Shown: positions 28,430 to 39,876, counted from the first letter of the stretch. The stretch is DNA of 64,000 bases from Promethearchaeota archaeon (GCA_030603385.1 JAUVXW010000007.1:64001-128000); one strand, 5' to 3'. Numbers and translations are program-made. Notes: a model not told the origin generated them from the letters alone.

Positions 28430-29272
28430 TTATAAATTTATGAATTCTAAAAAGATATCAATTAAATCTTGAAGAACTAAAGCCTTTGCGATATCTCCTT
28501 CTATAATTATCTTTCCCTCCATATAGGCAGACACAGGATTACCATTTATTAGTAATTCTGCAGAAGTTTTAAGGTTCATTTCTAAAATTAAATTAGGATT
28601 AGGTGCCTCTCCTTTGGACCATCCCATTCTATTATTGGCTATACGGATAATATAATTATCAAGATCAGTGATTTTCATTTGAATACTTAAATCTTCTTCT
28701 GAGATTATTTCTTTAGCTTCAGGATTGTTATTTACAAAAACTGTTAAAACCTCAAAAAAGAGGGGAACTTGTGATGGTTTGACATTAGATGGTCCCTTTA
28801 AATACACATTTATGAGATCTTTCATTGAATTGGCATCAATCACTCCTTTTTTATCTTGGTTGTCATTAACTTCTAATAATTCAAAAGCCAACTCTAAGAT
28901 TTCAATAAATATAATTACCTTAAGTATTTCCCCTTCAATTTTAAAAAATTCAGAGAAATAGGCGTCTAGAGGATCTACATGGCCAAGTAATAAATTAGAA
29001 ATCGTTTTTAGATTTGATTTTATAATAAAATCTGGAGATTTTAAAGTACCTTTATTAAATTCGGCATTTTTATCTTCTATAATAAGATGATATGGTTCAG
29101 CATCTTTAATTTTCACTATCATCTTTAGTTTATATCCTTCAATAAGTTTTTGAGCCTCCGGATTAGTATTGATAAAATCACAGAGTGTTTGAAATATAAC
29201 AGGAATATCGTCAATGCTAACGGCTTCAGCGCCTTTTTGTCTAATCTCAATTAACCTTTTAATGTTTTCCAT
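28430..29272 (-). CDS. Tandem SCP2 sterol/lipid-binding domain protein
   Basis: Two repeats ending DPLDAYFSEFFKIEGEI and NPVSAYMEGKIIIEGDI. Confidence 0.8.
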   Translation of the reverse strand: MENIKRLIEIRQKGAEAVSIDDIPVIFQTLCDFINTNPEAQKLIEGYKLKMIVKIKDAEPYHLIIEDKNAEFNKGTLKSPDFIIKSNLKTISNLLLGHVDPLDAYFSEFFKIEGEILKVIIFIEILELAFELLEVNDNQDKKGVIDANSMKDLINVYLKGPSNVKPSQVPLFFEVLTVFVNNNPEAKEIISEEDLSIQMKITDLDNYIIRIANNRMGWSKGEAPNPNLILEMNLKTSAELLINGNPVSAYMEGKIIIEGDIAKALVLQDLIDIFLEFINL

Positions 29273-29310
29273 TTTATATTGTTTTCAAATTTTTTAATTT
29301 ATTACATTAA

Positions 29311-30849
29311 TCAATATCTATAAATTGAAAATTCTTTATCTAATTTTTTTTTCAGACTTAATGGAAAATTAAATCTATTTGAATACAAGTCAAAAATCAA
29401 ATCATCAATTTTCTTTTGATGGTCTGTGTAATCATAATTTGGATTATATTCTTTATTTCTGATAATCTCATTGACTAATTTTTCAACAATTATTTTTGTT
29501 TCATTATCTGTTGAAATAATAGGTAAAGCCTGGATTCCTGTTATTTGAATACTATTGGTATTATTGATAATTCCTTTAGCTAGGTAATTATATAAAGAAC
29601 TATTCAACAATCCTAACATATATGGGGTTGTAATAGTTTTATCCCTAATTATAAATCCAATAGCTTTATTTGAGTCCCAATAGCATCCTTTTGGCATATA
29701 ACGTGCTGCTAATCTTGAACTTACACCACTAATTATAATACCCTCCTGTTCAAACGGTACATTCACGGGGATATCATAATTTTTTTTAGATTCTTCATCC
29801 CAATCTAATGCTTCTATAATTGGTCTATAATATTGTTCTGCTCCTCCTCTCTTTAAATAAGGCTTCCACCTTATTGATTCAAGGTCTTTTTTTAAAATAA
29901 TTTTATATTTTCGATTTGGATCAGATATTCTCTTATTTCTTCTCTTAAAAACCTCTGCTAATTCTGTTTCTTCAATAGCTGCTATGTATTTCCTATTATT
30001 ATGGGTATGCATTCCAATATATCCTTTCAGATAATTATCTAATTTAGGTGCATTTTCAAATAATTCAATAATTTCTTCTTCAACACCAATAAAAAATATG
30101 TTAAATGGTAAGGAATTATATTTCTTTTGTTCTGTTTCATTGACAATCTTTGGATCTCTGTAATCTTCCTCGCTATTTACTCTAGGAATTATCCTCATTA
30201 TATTTTTTTCCCTGATCTTTTTATTTTTTTGACCTGAGCATTTTGTTAAGATAATAATAGCTGCACTTGTGCTTACATTTTGACTAGAAAACAAATTTTT
30301 TGGTGCTAAAAGAATTTCATTAATCACACAGTTATTGAGAATAAATCTCCTTAGATTTTTATGGGTACTTAGAGTTAAAAATGAATCACTAGTTATAAAA
30401 CCCAATTTTCCACCCTCTTTTAAGCGCCAAATGCTATTTACAATAAACATAGCATATGTTTCATGAGCATTTATTTTCCCGTAAATTTTTCTTAGTTTTA
30501 CTTTGTTTTTACGAACATACGCACTTGCTTTATTTAGATATGGTGGGTTTCCAACAATAAAATCGAACTCATTATACGAATCAGGGTATAAAGCGATAAG
30601 TGTATCCTGTGCTTTAAAGGAAACTCCGAATTTTTCTATCTCTCCTTTAATACTTGCATTTATATCATACGTAAATATCTGGTAACTGTCAATCCCAAAC
30701 TCTATTAATTTATTTACGAAAATACCAGGTCCGACGCAAGGATCCAAAATTTTCTGATATTCTTTAATCTTCCCTAATCTTGAAATTATATATTCTACTG
30801 TTAGAGGAGGAGTAGTAACTACTCCTAAATCCTTCCTATTAAACTTGAT
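29311..30849 (-). CDS. Gamma-class N6-adenine DNA methyltransferase (TaqI/Eco57I-like)
   Basis: Frame extends 34 codons above the tracked TTG: LGVVTTP (motif X), ILDPCVGPGIF (I), VGNPPY (IV), LKEGGKLGFIT; C-terminal target-recognition region; probable ATC start. Confidence 0.87.
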   Translation of the reverse strand: MKFNRKDLGVVTTPPLTVEYIISRLGKIKEYQKILDPCVGPGIFVNKLIEFGIDSYQIFTYDINASIKGEIEKFGVSFKAQDTLIALYPDSYNEFDFIVGNPPYLNKASAYVRKNKVKLRKIYGKINAHETYAMFIVNSIWRLKEGGKLGFITSDSFLTLSTHKNLRRFILNNCVINEILLAPKNLFSSQNVSTSAAIIILTKCSGQKNKKIREKNIMRIIPRVNSEEDYRDPKIVNETEQKKYNSLPFNIFFIGVEEEIIELFENAPKLDNYLKGYIGMHTHNNRKYIAAIEETELAEVFKRRNKRISDPNRKYKIILKKDLESIRWKPYLKRGGAEQYYRPIIEALDWDEESKKNYDIPVNVPFEQEGIIISGVSSRLAARYMPKGCYWDSNKAIGFIIRDKTITTPYMLGLLNSSLYNYLAKGIINNTNSIQITGIQALPIISTDNETKIIVEKLVNEIIRNKEYNPNYDYTDHQKKIDDLIFDLYSNRFNFPLSLKKKLDKEFSIYRY

Positions 30850-30851
30850 TC

Positions 30852-32024
30852 CTAATCAGCACTCTTAGATTGTTTATTTAAATTAATATCAACTTCATTT
30901 AATAGAATTATATAAAACTGGGAGAGTTTTCTCAAAAGTGTTAAATCTATTTTATCCACATCATCATTAACAGAATGGATATAATTATAAGAGCTCTTAT
31001 CACCATTACCAACTCCTTGGAATTTCTTATTTGCAAGAAATAACCCGTCAGTATATGTACCAATGTAGAACCTTCGTGTTTTTTCTAAACTCATTATATC
31101 TTTATTTTCTAAAATATAATTGTTAGATTTAAAATATTTATTATTAAGGAGACCATGATCCCATAAGACTACTCTTTTAGCAATTGAATCAAAGTTGATT
31201 ATAAAAGTCTTATTTCTATCATAATGCTTAATATTTTTATAAAAATTTCTTATTCCCATAGTACCGGATTCTTCTGCACCCGTAAAAACGAAACATAAAT
31301 CATAATTTTTAAGCCTATTTTCTGGATCCGAATAATATTGTAGAATTTCTAACACGCAGGATATCCCAGAAGCGTTATCTATTGCACCTTTAGATTTATT
31401 ATTAGTGGTATTCAACCAGATTATTACAGTCGTTACACAATTAATAATTAAGATCAAAATAGCAAAAATATACAATAATAAAATATCTTCAAAAAAGACA
31501 AAATAATTGAGTATATTAATTAATAGGCATAAAGGAAAAGAAATTATCCAGATATAATATAATTGGATACGAATTTTTATTGAGAAAGCTTGTCCTTTTG
31601 AGTCTAAATGTGAAAATAAAAAAATATTATTGTCAGAGGTTCTATTCTTAAATTGAGATGGTATATTTACAAATAAATTTTGAGAATGATATTGCCGTCC
31701 TATTTTAAGTTTCTCTGGATTCCTTGTAAGTAAAATTAGAATTAAAATTAATATAAAAATTAGAAACAGATTAACTATCGTAAAAATCGGTTGAATATTT
31801 AAAAATATGACTACAAGGAGCCAACTTAATAATGATAAAGAAATTTTTGGATAGATTCTTGAATAGAATGTACTAAATGAGAATTCTTGAATTTTTGGAG
31901 TAAGATTTAGATCTTCTACTTTCTGTTTAGCTATGTTGAAACTTATTTTTTCAAATTTAGTTCCAGATAATCTTGGAAAAGAGAATTCTTTTAAATTTTT
32001 TAATATACGTGTTTCATCAATCAT
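30852..32024 (-). CDS. Membrane-bound M28-family peptidase
   Basis: SHLDSK, GAIDNASG, GAEESG, INFDS, YTD, IHSVND plus TM helices. Confidence 0.85.
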   Translation of the reverse strand: MIDETRILKNLKEFSFPRLSGTKFEKISFNIAKQKVEDLNLTPKIQEFSFSTFYSRIYPKISLSLLSWLLVVIFLNIQPIFTIVNLFLIFILILILILLTRNPEKLKIGRQYHSQNLFVNIPSQFKNRTSDNNIFLFSHLDSKGQAFSIKIRIQLYYIWIISFPLCLLINILNYFVFFEDILLLYIFAILILIINCVTTVIIWLNTTNNKSKGAIDNASGISCVLEILQYYSDPENRLKNYDLCFVFTGAEESGTMGIRNFYKNIKHYDRNKTFIINFDSIAKRVVLWDHGLLNNKYFKSNNYILENKDIMSLEKTRRFYIGTYTDGLFLANKKFQGVGNGDKSSYNYIHSVNDDVDKIDLTLLRKLSQFYIILLNEVDINLNKQSKSAD

Positions 32025-32035
32025 GGTTCAAATAA

Positions 32036-33703
32036 TTATTGTAAATATGCTCCATTTTTCGCAGAGCTTACTATTTTTCTATAAATGTTTAAGTAACCAG
32101 TTTTAAACCTTGGGTCAGGTCTTTCCCATTCTTTTAACCTTTTTTTTATTTCTTTGGGAGGGATTAATAAGTCTAATTTTCGATTATCAATATCAATTTC
32201 AATCTCATCCCCATCTTCTACAATAGCTATAGGACCCCCTTCAAATGCTTCAGGACATACATGTCCTATACAGGGCCCTCGCGTAGCCCCCGAATACCGA
32301 CCATCAGTAATCATGGCTACAGAATCACCTAATCCCATTCCTACGAGCATGGCGGCGGGTATAGATAATTCTCTCATTCCTGGAGATCCTTTCGGTCCCT
32401 CATAACGAATCACTAAAACTTCACCTGGTTCTACTAGATTAAATATTAACGCGTCTCTAAGTTGCTCCTCACATTCAAATACTCGTGCAGGTCCTTTATG
32501 ATGTCTCATTTTAGTATTTACAGCACTTTGTTTTATGATAGCACCCTCTGGGGCTAAATTTCCTTTTAAAACTGCTATACCTCCTTCACTAGCTATTGGA
32601 TCTTCAAAATTTCGAATTATATGGTAATCATGGATCTCAACGATGTCTAAATAATCTTTTAATGTAATTCCAAAAACATTTTTTGTAGATAAATCTAATA
32701 CACTTGATAACTTTTTCATTAAAACTCCAACACCACCTGCTCCATGAAATTCTGTGAGGTTATATTCTGAGGCTGGTTTGAATTTTGCCAGTAATGGAAC
32801 GGACTTACTTAAACTATCAAAATCAAAATGGTTTATGGATCCTCCAATCTCATGGGATAACGCACACATATGCAAAACCATATTTGTAGAACCTCCAAAA
32901 GATAAGGCGACTTTGATAGCATTTTCGATAGATTCAGGAGTGATGAGATCTAATGCTTTAACATCCTCCTCAACTAATTTCATAATGATTCTGCCGGATA
33001 ATTTTGATAAATTTTCTCGGTCCTCACTAATAGCACTCATTGTAGCACAACCAGGCAATGTAAGTCCCATAGCTTCTACAATACATGCCATTGTATTTGC
33101 AGTACCCATCATATTACATTCGCCAGGAGAACAGCATGTTTGAGATTCTATTAAAAAAAGCTCATCTTTAGTTAATTTACCTGCCATAAATTGACCAATT
33201 GCTTCTTTTATATCAGAGGTTACATAGGTTTTTCCTTTAAGAGGTCCATTTTCAAAAAATTTTGCTTCCATTATCCCTCCAGTTAAAAATACTGTAGGAA
33301 TATTACATCTAGCTGCTGCTAAAAGCATCCCTGGAATAATTTTATCGCAAGAACACAACATTACCATTCCATCAAAATTATATGCTTTAATAGTGCATTC
33401 AACTGAAGCTGCTATTACTTCTCTCGAGGGTAAAATAAATTTAGAAAAGTTACCTGAATTAGCGATTCCATCACAAGACGCTATTGTATTAAATTCCATA
33501 GGAGTGCCCCCCGCTTCTTTAACACCCTTTTTAACAAATTCAGCTAATTTCCGTAAGTGAATATGCCCCGGATTAATTTCATTCCATGAATTAACTATTG
33601 CGATTCTAGGTTTCTTTAGATCATCCGAAGAATAACCGCATCCATAATATAATGCTCTCTCATATACCTTTCTTGAATCTAATTCGTCTTGGTTTGCTGA
33701 CAT
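32036..33703 (-). CDS. ilvD: Dihydroxy-acid dehydratase
   Basis: [61 protein letters not shown]. Confidence 0.95.
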   Translation of the reverse strand: MSANQDELDSRKVYERALYYGCGYSSDDLKKPRIAIVNSWNEINPGHIHLRKLAEFVKKGVKEAGGTPMEFNTIASCDGIANSGNFSKFILPSREVIAASVECTIKAYNFDGMVMLCSCDKIIPGMLLAAARCNIPTVFLTGGIMEAKFFENGPLKGKTYVTSDIKEAIGQFMAGKLTKDELFLIESQTCCSPGECNMMGTANTMACIVEAMGLTLPGCATMSAISEDRENLSKLSGRIIMKLVEEDVKALDLITPESIENAIKVALSFGGSTNMVLHMCALSHEIGGSINHFDFDSLSKSVPLLAKFKPASEYNLTEFHGAGGVGVLMKKLSSVLDLSTKNVFGITLKDYLDIVEIHDYHIIRNFEDPIASEGGIAVLKGNLAPEGAIIKQSAVNTKMRHHKGPARVFECEEQLRDALIFNLVEPGEVLVIRYEGPKGSPGMRELSIPAAMLVGMGLGDSVAMITDGRYSGATRGPCIGHVCPEAFEGGPIAIVEDGDEIEIDIDNRKLDLLIPPKEIKKRLKEWERPDPRFKTGYLNIYRKIVSSAKNGAYLQ

Positions 33704-33829
33704 TGAGAATAATAAATTTAATTAATTAATGAAATTTGCTATGATATTCAATTTGCGAACTTTAATTTAAACATTTATAATGTTGATAATCATATTTTAT
33801 TTAATCTTTAAAAGACATCTTAATAATTC

Positions 33830-34591
33830 CTAAAATCTTAAAGATAAACAAGAAAGTCCCCCATCCATCTTTCTAAATTCAGTTATATCAAGTTTAAGTA
33901 CCTTACATCCTAGACTTGAAATTGAGTTTATTAACTTCTCATAACCATTTGCAAGTAAAACATAATTATTTACTCTTATACAATTAGCAGCATAACTCTC
34001 ATCTTCATCAACTTTGATTATATTATAATTTTGAAAAAGAGGATTATCTATAAATTCCCCTGAAACAATCAAGTTCTTGTCTCCAATATAAACTAATCCA
34101 GTTTTTAGGTGAATTACCTCTTTTAATTTAACTAATATACAAGAATATCCATATTTCTTTAAGATTTCTTTCAATTGTAATGCTCCTACTTTATTTGTTC
34201 GCTGAGAGATCCCAATGAAATATTGATCCTCTACTCTAAGAACATCGCCACCATCTAAAGTTCCCGGTTTTTCTATTGATTCTACATTTTCATAAAATTT
34301 ATCCAGAACTTTCCTTATTTCTATTTCTTCGCCTTTCCTGCTTGTTGCGCCTAAATTAGCAATAATGGCTAAATCCTCGTTGACAACTGCTGTATCTTCA
34401 ACAAACGTTGAATCTGGAAATCTATCATCTGTTTCTAATGTTAAAACCTTCAGTCCACATTTCCTTAATGCTTTAATGTAATCTGAATGCTGAATAAGAG
34501 CCTTATTATAATCAGGTTTTCCTAATTTTGATGAGGTTAAACCATATTGAAAGTTTTTTGAGACAGTTCTCACAATAGCATGCTTAAACAT
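33830..34591 (-). CDS. Dimethylarginine dimethylaminohydrolase (amidinotransferase family)
   Basis: PDSTFVEDTAV, SRKGE, LDGGDVL, HLKTG, EFRKMDGGLSCLSLRF. Confidence 0.92.
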   Translation of the reverse strand: MFKHAIVRTVSKNFQYGLTSSKLGKPDYNKALIQHSDYIKALRKCGLKVLTLETDDRFPDSTFVEDTAVVNEDLAIIANLGATSRKGEEIEIRKVLDKFYENVESIEKPGTLDGGDVLRVEDQYFIGISQRTNKVGALQLKEILKKYGYSCILVKLKEVIHLKTGLVYIGDKNLIVSGEFIDNPLFQNYNIIKVDEDESYAANCIRVNNYVLLANGYEKLINSISSLGCKVLKLDITEFRKMDGGLSCLSLRF

Positions 34592-34732
34592 AAGACCATT
34601 AAGAACTAAGTAATTTCTGCTAACTATAACTATATTTACCAGATTTTATTAATTTGAAAAGTCGGCTTAAAATTATAAATCTTCATAAATTCAAAATATT
34701 ATTGAGAAAATTATTTTTTAGGAGAAAGTCAT

Positions 34733-36508
34733 ATGAAAGTAATATTTATTCTATTTGATACATTAAATAGGCGTTTTTTGCCCCCTTATGGGAATAATTG
34801 GGTTCATGCACCAAATTTTAAAAGGTTAGCAGAAAAAACGGTGATTTTTGACAATTGTTATTGTGGGAGTTTAATGTGTATCCCTGCTAGAAGAGAGCTT
34901 CATACAGGGAGACATAACTTTTTGCACAGAAGTTGGGGACCTTTAGAACCATTTGATGATTCAATGCCAGAAATTTTAAAGAATAATGGTGTTTATTCCC
35001 ATCTTGTAAGTGATCATTACCATTATTGGGAAGATGGAGGTGCAACATACCATAATAGGTACAATTCATGGGAAATTGCTCGAGGTCATGAAGGTGATCC
35101 TTGGAAAGGAGAAGTAAGTGACCCTGACATACCTGAATCCGTACCTAATATGCGACAAAATTGGCCTCATTGGCGTCAAGATTGGGTAAATAGAAAATAT
35201 ATGCAAAGAGAAGAAGACCAGCCTCAGGCAGTAACTTTTAAACTAGGATTGGAGTTTATTGAAAAGAATCATACGGAAGATAATTGGGTCCTACATATCG
35301 AAACATTTGACCCACACGAGCCCTTTTTTACACAACAGAAATATAAAGATTTATATAAACATGAATATAACGGTCCTCATTTCGATTGGCCTAATTATAG
35401 TATAGTAACAGAAACTGAAGAGCAAGTACAACATATTAAAAAAGAATATGCTGCCTCGATAAGTATGTGTGATACTTATCTTGGCAAGATTCTCGATACA
35501 ATGGATGAGAAAAATATGTGGAAAGATACAATGCTTGTTGTTACAACTGATCATGGTTTTTTTTTAGGTGAAAAAGGTTGGTGGGCAAAGGCAGTACAAC
35601 CTATCTATAATGAAATTGCTCAAATACCATTATTTATATGGGATCCAAGATCAAATAAGAAAAATGAAAGAAGAAATGCTCTTGTACAAACCACAGATAT
35701 TGTTCCTACAATTCTTGAGTTTTTTGGGATAAAACGAACAAAAGATATGCAGGGTAAAGTTTTAAAAGAAACTATTAATTCAGATGCAAAAATAAGGGAA
35801 TTTGCGTTATTTGGAACTCATGGAGCTCATGTAAACATAACTGATGGTCGATATGTTTACATGAGAGGACCTACAAATCTTTTAAATAAACCACTTTATG
35901 AATATACACTTATACCTACCCACATGCGTGGATTTTTTTCAATTAATGAGTTGAAAACTATGGAATTGGCTGAAGCTTTTAATTTTACTAAAGGATGTAA
36001 GCTTATAAGAACTAACTCAAGATATAGATATGTAAATCCATATATTTTTGGGAGTTTACTTTTCGATCTTCAAATTGACCCTTACCAAGAAAATCCAATA
36101 GTTGACTCTAAAATTGAAAAAAAGATGATTAAGGCAATGGTTGAAGAAATGAAGAATAATGATTCCCCAATTGAACAATTCGAACGTCTTGGAATTCCTT
36201 ATGAGGGTGAAATTACAAATGATAATCTAGATTTAATGGAAAGTCGATCAGGGATGAAAGATAAGATCGGAGATACCGAATTTGTATGGATTAACAAAGG
36301 AAAAAGCATGTATTCTCTTATTTTGGGTTATCTTCCAAAACCTCTACAAAAGCAAATTAACTTACAACTAGAACAAGAGATTAAGAATAAAACTACTACT
36401 GAAATAGATGAAGATTTATTAGTGCAAATGTTCGAAAAATTCCTTCCTAAAAATTTTCTTCCACTATTTAGAACCATGGTAAAATTAGTTAAAGTTAAGG
36501 CAAAGTAA
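34733..36508 (+). CDS. Cys-type (formylglycine) sulfatase with C-terminal helical extension
   Basis: FDTLNR, CIPARRELHTGR (CxPxR), FDPHEPF, TTDHG. Confidence 0.92.
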   Translation: MKVIFILFDTLNRRFLPPYGNNWVHAPNFKRLAEKTVIFDNCYCGSLMCIPARRELHTGRHNFLHRSWGPLEPFDDSMPEILKNNGVYSHLVSDHYHYWEDGGATYHNRYNSWEIARGHEGDPWKGEVSDPDIPESVPNMRQNWPHWRQDWVNRKYMQREEDQPQAVTFKLGLEFIEKNHTEDNWVLHIETFDPHEPFFTQQKYKDLYKHEYNGPHFDWPNYSIVTETEEQVQHIKKEYAASISMCDTYLGKILDTMDEKNMWKDTMLVVTTDHGFFLGEKGWWAKAVQPIYNEIAQIPLFIWDPRSNKKNERRNALVQTTDIVPTILEFFGIKRTKDMQGKVLKETINSDAKIREFALFGTHGAHVNITDGRYVYMRGPTNLLNKPLYEYTLIPTHMRGFFSINELKTMELAEAFNFTKGCKLIRTNSRYRYVNPYIFGSLLFDLQIDPYQENPIVDSKIEKKMIKAMVEEMKNNDSPIEQFERLGIPYEGEITNDNLDLMESRSGMKDKIGDTEFVWINKGKSMYSLILGYLPKPLQKQINLQLEQEIKNKTTTEIDEDLLVQMFEKFLPKNFLPLFRTMVKLVKVKAK

Positions 36509-36541
36509 ATCAAAATGGAAGTTGCGTAGAATAATAAAAAA

Positions 36542-37750
36542 ATGAAATCTTTCTCATTATTGATAAAGCCAGTTTCAGCGGATTGCAACTTAAGATGCGA
36601 ATATTGTTTTTATATAGATCATCTAGATACTGTAGAAAAAAAACCTAGAATGTCAGAAAGTACATTAGAAACCATGATTGCAAGTTATATGCAGACCGAT
36701 CAAAACAACCAATATGCTTTTGGCTGGCAAGGAGGTGAACCCACATTATTAGGAATAAAATTTTGGGAAAAAGTTGTAGAACTTCAAACAAAATATGCAC
36801 CGCCCGGAGCAGTAATAAGTAATGGGCTTCAAACAAATGGAACTCTTATTACAGATGAATTAGCTAAATTTTTTGCGGAATATAGGTTTCTTCTTGGTGT
36901 GAGTCTTGATGGTCCCCGTTACCTCCATGACTTTTATAGAAAGACGATAGGTAATACACCTACACATAACTTAGTTATGCGTGGAATAGAACATTTGAAA
37001 AAGAATAAAGTTGAATTAAATATCCTTTCTTTAGTTAATAATAAAACTGTAAAGAAACCCTCCGAAATTTATCGATATTTGAAAGAACATGAATTCTATT
37101 ATCATCAATATATACCATGTGTTGAATTTGATGGAAATAGAAATCTAAAACCCTATTCAATTACGGGAGAAGACTGGGGAACATTTCTTTGTGAATTATT
37201 TGAACTTTGGATAAAAACTGATATAAATAAAGTCTCAATCCGTCTATTTGATTCAATTATCAATTATTTAGTACATGGGAATTATAGTGTTTGCTATATG
37301 GGAACTAATTGTTGTCAATATTTCGTAGTTGAATATGATGGTAGCGTTTATCCATGTGATTTTTTTGTACGGAAAGATTTGCTGTTAGGTAATGTGAAAA
37401 CAAATAGTTGGGATGATTTTGTAAATTCTTCAAAATATCATGATTTTGGTGCCCAAAAAGCAGAATGGAATGATACATGTAAAGATTGTCTATTTATTAA
37501 CATGTGCAATGGAGATTGCCAAATATTTCGATTTAGTAGATCTTTATCATCACATTCTTTAAGTATTTTATGTAAAGGATGGAAAAAATTTTATGTTAAT
37601 ACCCTACCTCGTTTTAAGATTATAGCTAATGCAATAAAAAACAATAAGGAAGTTAGTTCACCAATTCAGATTAAAGCAAAGAAAATCGGTAGAAATTCAC
37701 CATGCCCCTGTGGAAGTTTAAAGAAGTATAAAGATTGTTGCTTAAGATAA
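36542..37750 (+). CDS. Anaerobic sulfatase maturase (radical SAM/SPASM) with SEC-C tail
   Basis: KPVSADCNLRCEYCFY, WQGGEPTL, QTNG, VYPCD, CxxC..CxxxC, GRNSPCPCGS.KKYK.CC. Confidence 0.93.
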   Translation: MKSFSLLIKPVSADCNLRCEYCFYIDHLDTVEKKPRMSESTLETMIASYMQTDQNNQYAFGWQGGEPTLLGIKFWEKVVELQTKYAPPGAVISNGLQTNGTLITDELAKFFAEYRFLLGVSLDGPRYLHDFYRKTIGNTPTHNLVMRGIEHLKKNKVELNILSLVNNKTVKKPSEIYRYLKEHEFYYHQYIPCVEFDGNRNLKPYSITGEDWGTFLCELFELWIKTDINKVSIRLFDSIINYLVHGNYSVCYMGTNCCQYFVVEYDGSVYPCDFFVRKDLLLGNVKTNSWDDFVNSSKYHDFGAQKAEWNDTCKDCLFINMCNGDCQIFRFSRSLSSHSLSILCKGWKKFYVNTLPRFKIIANAIKNNKEVSSPIQIKAKKIGRNSPCPCGSLKKYKDCCLR

Positions 37751-37894
37751 AAATATTTTACTGAGTTCCTTAAATGCTCACTTAATTTATTTTACCTATA
37801 TGTAAATTTTAAAATAAAATTTTAAAAGTAGATGACATTGCATTCTGTAACTAAATGTTTTAAAAAAAAAAAAAAAATTAGGTTGATTAACAAA

Positions 37895-38320
37895 ATGGTT
37901 GACGAAAATTTAATAAAAGAATTAAAAGAAATGAGAGAAAAAGGTCCAAGCGCACCTTCTGATGCCCTTAAAATGTTCGAATTCATGAAGCAACTCGCAG
38001 CAGAAAACGATGAATTAAAAGAAGAATTAGAAGATATTGATACTGTGATTGTCCAAATGGAAGTAACTGATATAGATTTTAAATATTGGGTTAAATTTGG
38101 TGAAGGAATAGTTGATTATGGTGAAGGGGCGAGTGATGAAGTGAGTGTTACTATGAAAGCAACACAAGCAACTTGGACTGGATTGAGTGCAGGCGAGATT
38201 GATTCAACAAGCGCATATATGTCTGGAGACCTCGTCATTGAGGGAAATCTTCAGGATGCAATCGCCTTCGGTGAGATTCAAAGTCTCGCAACGGAACTTG
38301 GTGCAGAACTTTTAGAATAA
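37895..38320 (+). CDS. SCP2 sterol/lipid-binding domain protein
   Basis: GEIDSTSAYMSGDLVIEGNLQDA; ATG at 37895 preferred over the upstream poly-A-containing extension. Confidence 0.85.
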   Translation: MVDENLIKELKEMREKGPSAPSDALKMFEFMKQLAAENDELKEELEDIDTVIVQMEVTDIDFKYWVKFGEGIVDYGEGASDEVSVTMKATQATWTGLSAGEIDSTSAYMSGDLVIEGNLQDAIAFGEIQSLATELGAELLE

Positions 38321-38688
38321 ATCTTTTACTTTAGAAAAATACATTCTATAATTTTCTTTTTTTTTATTTCATTTAATCCTTGCATAGATTGTTAAAATTA
38401 AGGGAACTCACTGCTAAACCTTAAATTAATTAATATTTTCAATATTATCAGATATGCCTAATCTTATTTTTATTTTGTCGTGGTTTTTTAAAAATGTTAA
38501 AAAGTTTGATTGAAAATTGGGTGATATAGTAATTTTCCACTTTAAAGGCTTATTTAATTCACTTTTTCCTTCTAAATTAAATTGAAATTTGGTATAACAT
38601 AAAAGTTTTAAGAAATATTCTGATTTAATATAATAATCTTTTTGTAAGTGAAAGTAAGATCATTAACATCAATATATTTATTTAGATC

Positions 38689-39876
38689 ATGAAATCAGTT
38701 GAACGTGTAAAAGCAGCTCTTAATTTCTCAGGACCAGATAAGGCTCCAATTTGGAAGTTTAGCAGTGGAAGTGATGTATATTTTATGGTTAATATGCCCT
38801 CTAAACATTGGCGACCTGGACATTACGAAAATGAGAAAGGTTTATTTCCACATACCGGGAGTGATTTAATAATCAAATCAGGTGTGTGGAAATGGGATAA
38901 ACCTGAATGGGCAAAAGATCCAAAATATAAAGATTGGCTGAATATGCCAAGAGAAGAAATTGATGAATTTGGAACTATTTGGGTACGTGCGGGTATTAAC
39001 ACTATGGGACATCCTGGCAGACCTTCACTTACGGACTACGGCAATTTAGATGAATATTTTCAAAAAAATACCCCAAATTTCGATGAAGAAAGTAGGTATT
39101 CATTTTTTATTAAATTAAGTAAGGGTAGAGCACGTGAGAAATATCGCATGTGCTCTCTTAATCTTGGACCATTTCAAATTGCCAGTCAGATGAGAGGTTT
39201 TAATAGTTTTTTATTGGATCATTATAAGAATATAAATGAACTCAAGAAACTTTTAAAATATCTAACAGATATTTATGTAAACTATGAAAAAATGTGGGTT
39301 AAATATGGTGCAAATCCCCATGGATTTATATTATATGATGATTTAGGTGAACAGAAAGGACCTTTCTTCAGTCCAAAATTGTTTAAAGCGTTCTATGAGC
39401 CAGTATATAGACGTTTAATTGAAACTGCACATGAATTGGATTGTGATTTTCATTTACATTGTTGCGGAAAAATCGATGCAATAATACCATTATTAATTGA
39501 GTGGGGTCTAGATGCACTAGAACTAGATAGTCCTCGAATGACAGGGTACCCCGAATTGCATGAATTCAGAGGAAAAATCATGATGTGGGCTTGTGTAAAT
39601 ATTCAATCAACTTATACACTAGGTACACCAGAAGAATGTGAAAGAGAAGTCTGGCATATGGTCCGAAATCTTGGAACTCCAGAAGGAGGTTTTGGTGCTT
39701 ATTTCTATCCCCAGGCAGATCATATTCAAGCACCTAAGGTGAATATTGATGCTTTCACTAAAGGTTTAGAAAAATATGGTGTGTATGAAACCATACCCGA
39801 ACATTGGTGGACATATCCAATAGTAGATGAATGGAAATATAATAAAGTACCTCCATTACCTCCAGCCAAGCCATAA
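38689..39876 (+). CDS. Uroporphyrinogen decarboxylase family (MtaA/CmuA-like) protein
   Basis: MKSVERV.AAL, DEFG..W, RG, DDLG.Q..P..SP, HLHCCG, GTPEE. Confidence 0.85.
   Translation: MKSVERVKAALNFSGPDKAPIWKFSSGSDVYFMVNMPSKHWRPGHYENEKGLFPHTGSDLIIKSGVWKWDKPEWAKDPKYKDWLNMPREEIDEFGTIWVRAGINTMGHPGRPSLTDYGNLDEYFQKNTPNFDEESRYSFFIKLSKGRAREKYRMCSLNLGPFQIASQMRGFNSFLLDHYKNINELKKLLKYLTDIYVNYEKMWVKYGANPHGFILYDDLGEQKGPFFSPKLFKAFYEPVYRRLIETAHELDCDFHLHCCGKIDAIIPLLIEWGLDALELDSPRMTGYPELHEFRGKIMMWACVNIQSTYTLGTPEECEREVWHMVRNLGTPEGGFGAYFYPQADHIQAPKVNIDAFTKGLEKYGVYETIPEHWWTYPIVDEWKYNKVPPLPPAKP

Noticed and set aside
37862-37877. 16-nt poly-A tract upstream of the SCP2 gene as a phase-variation site
   Set aside because: Homopolymers are frequent in these AT-rich spacers and length may be a sequencing artefact; it lies outside the likely CDS.
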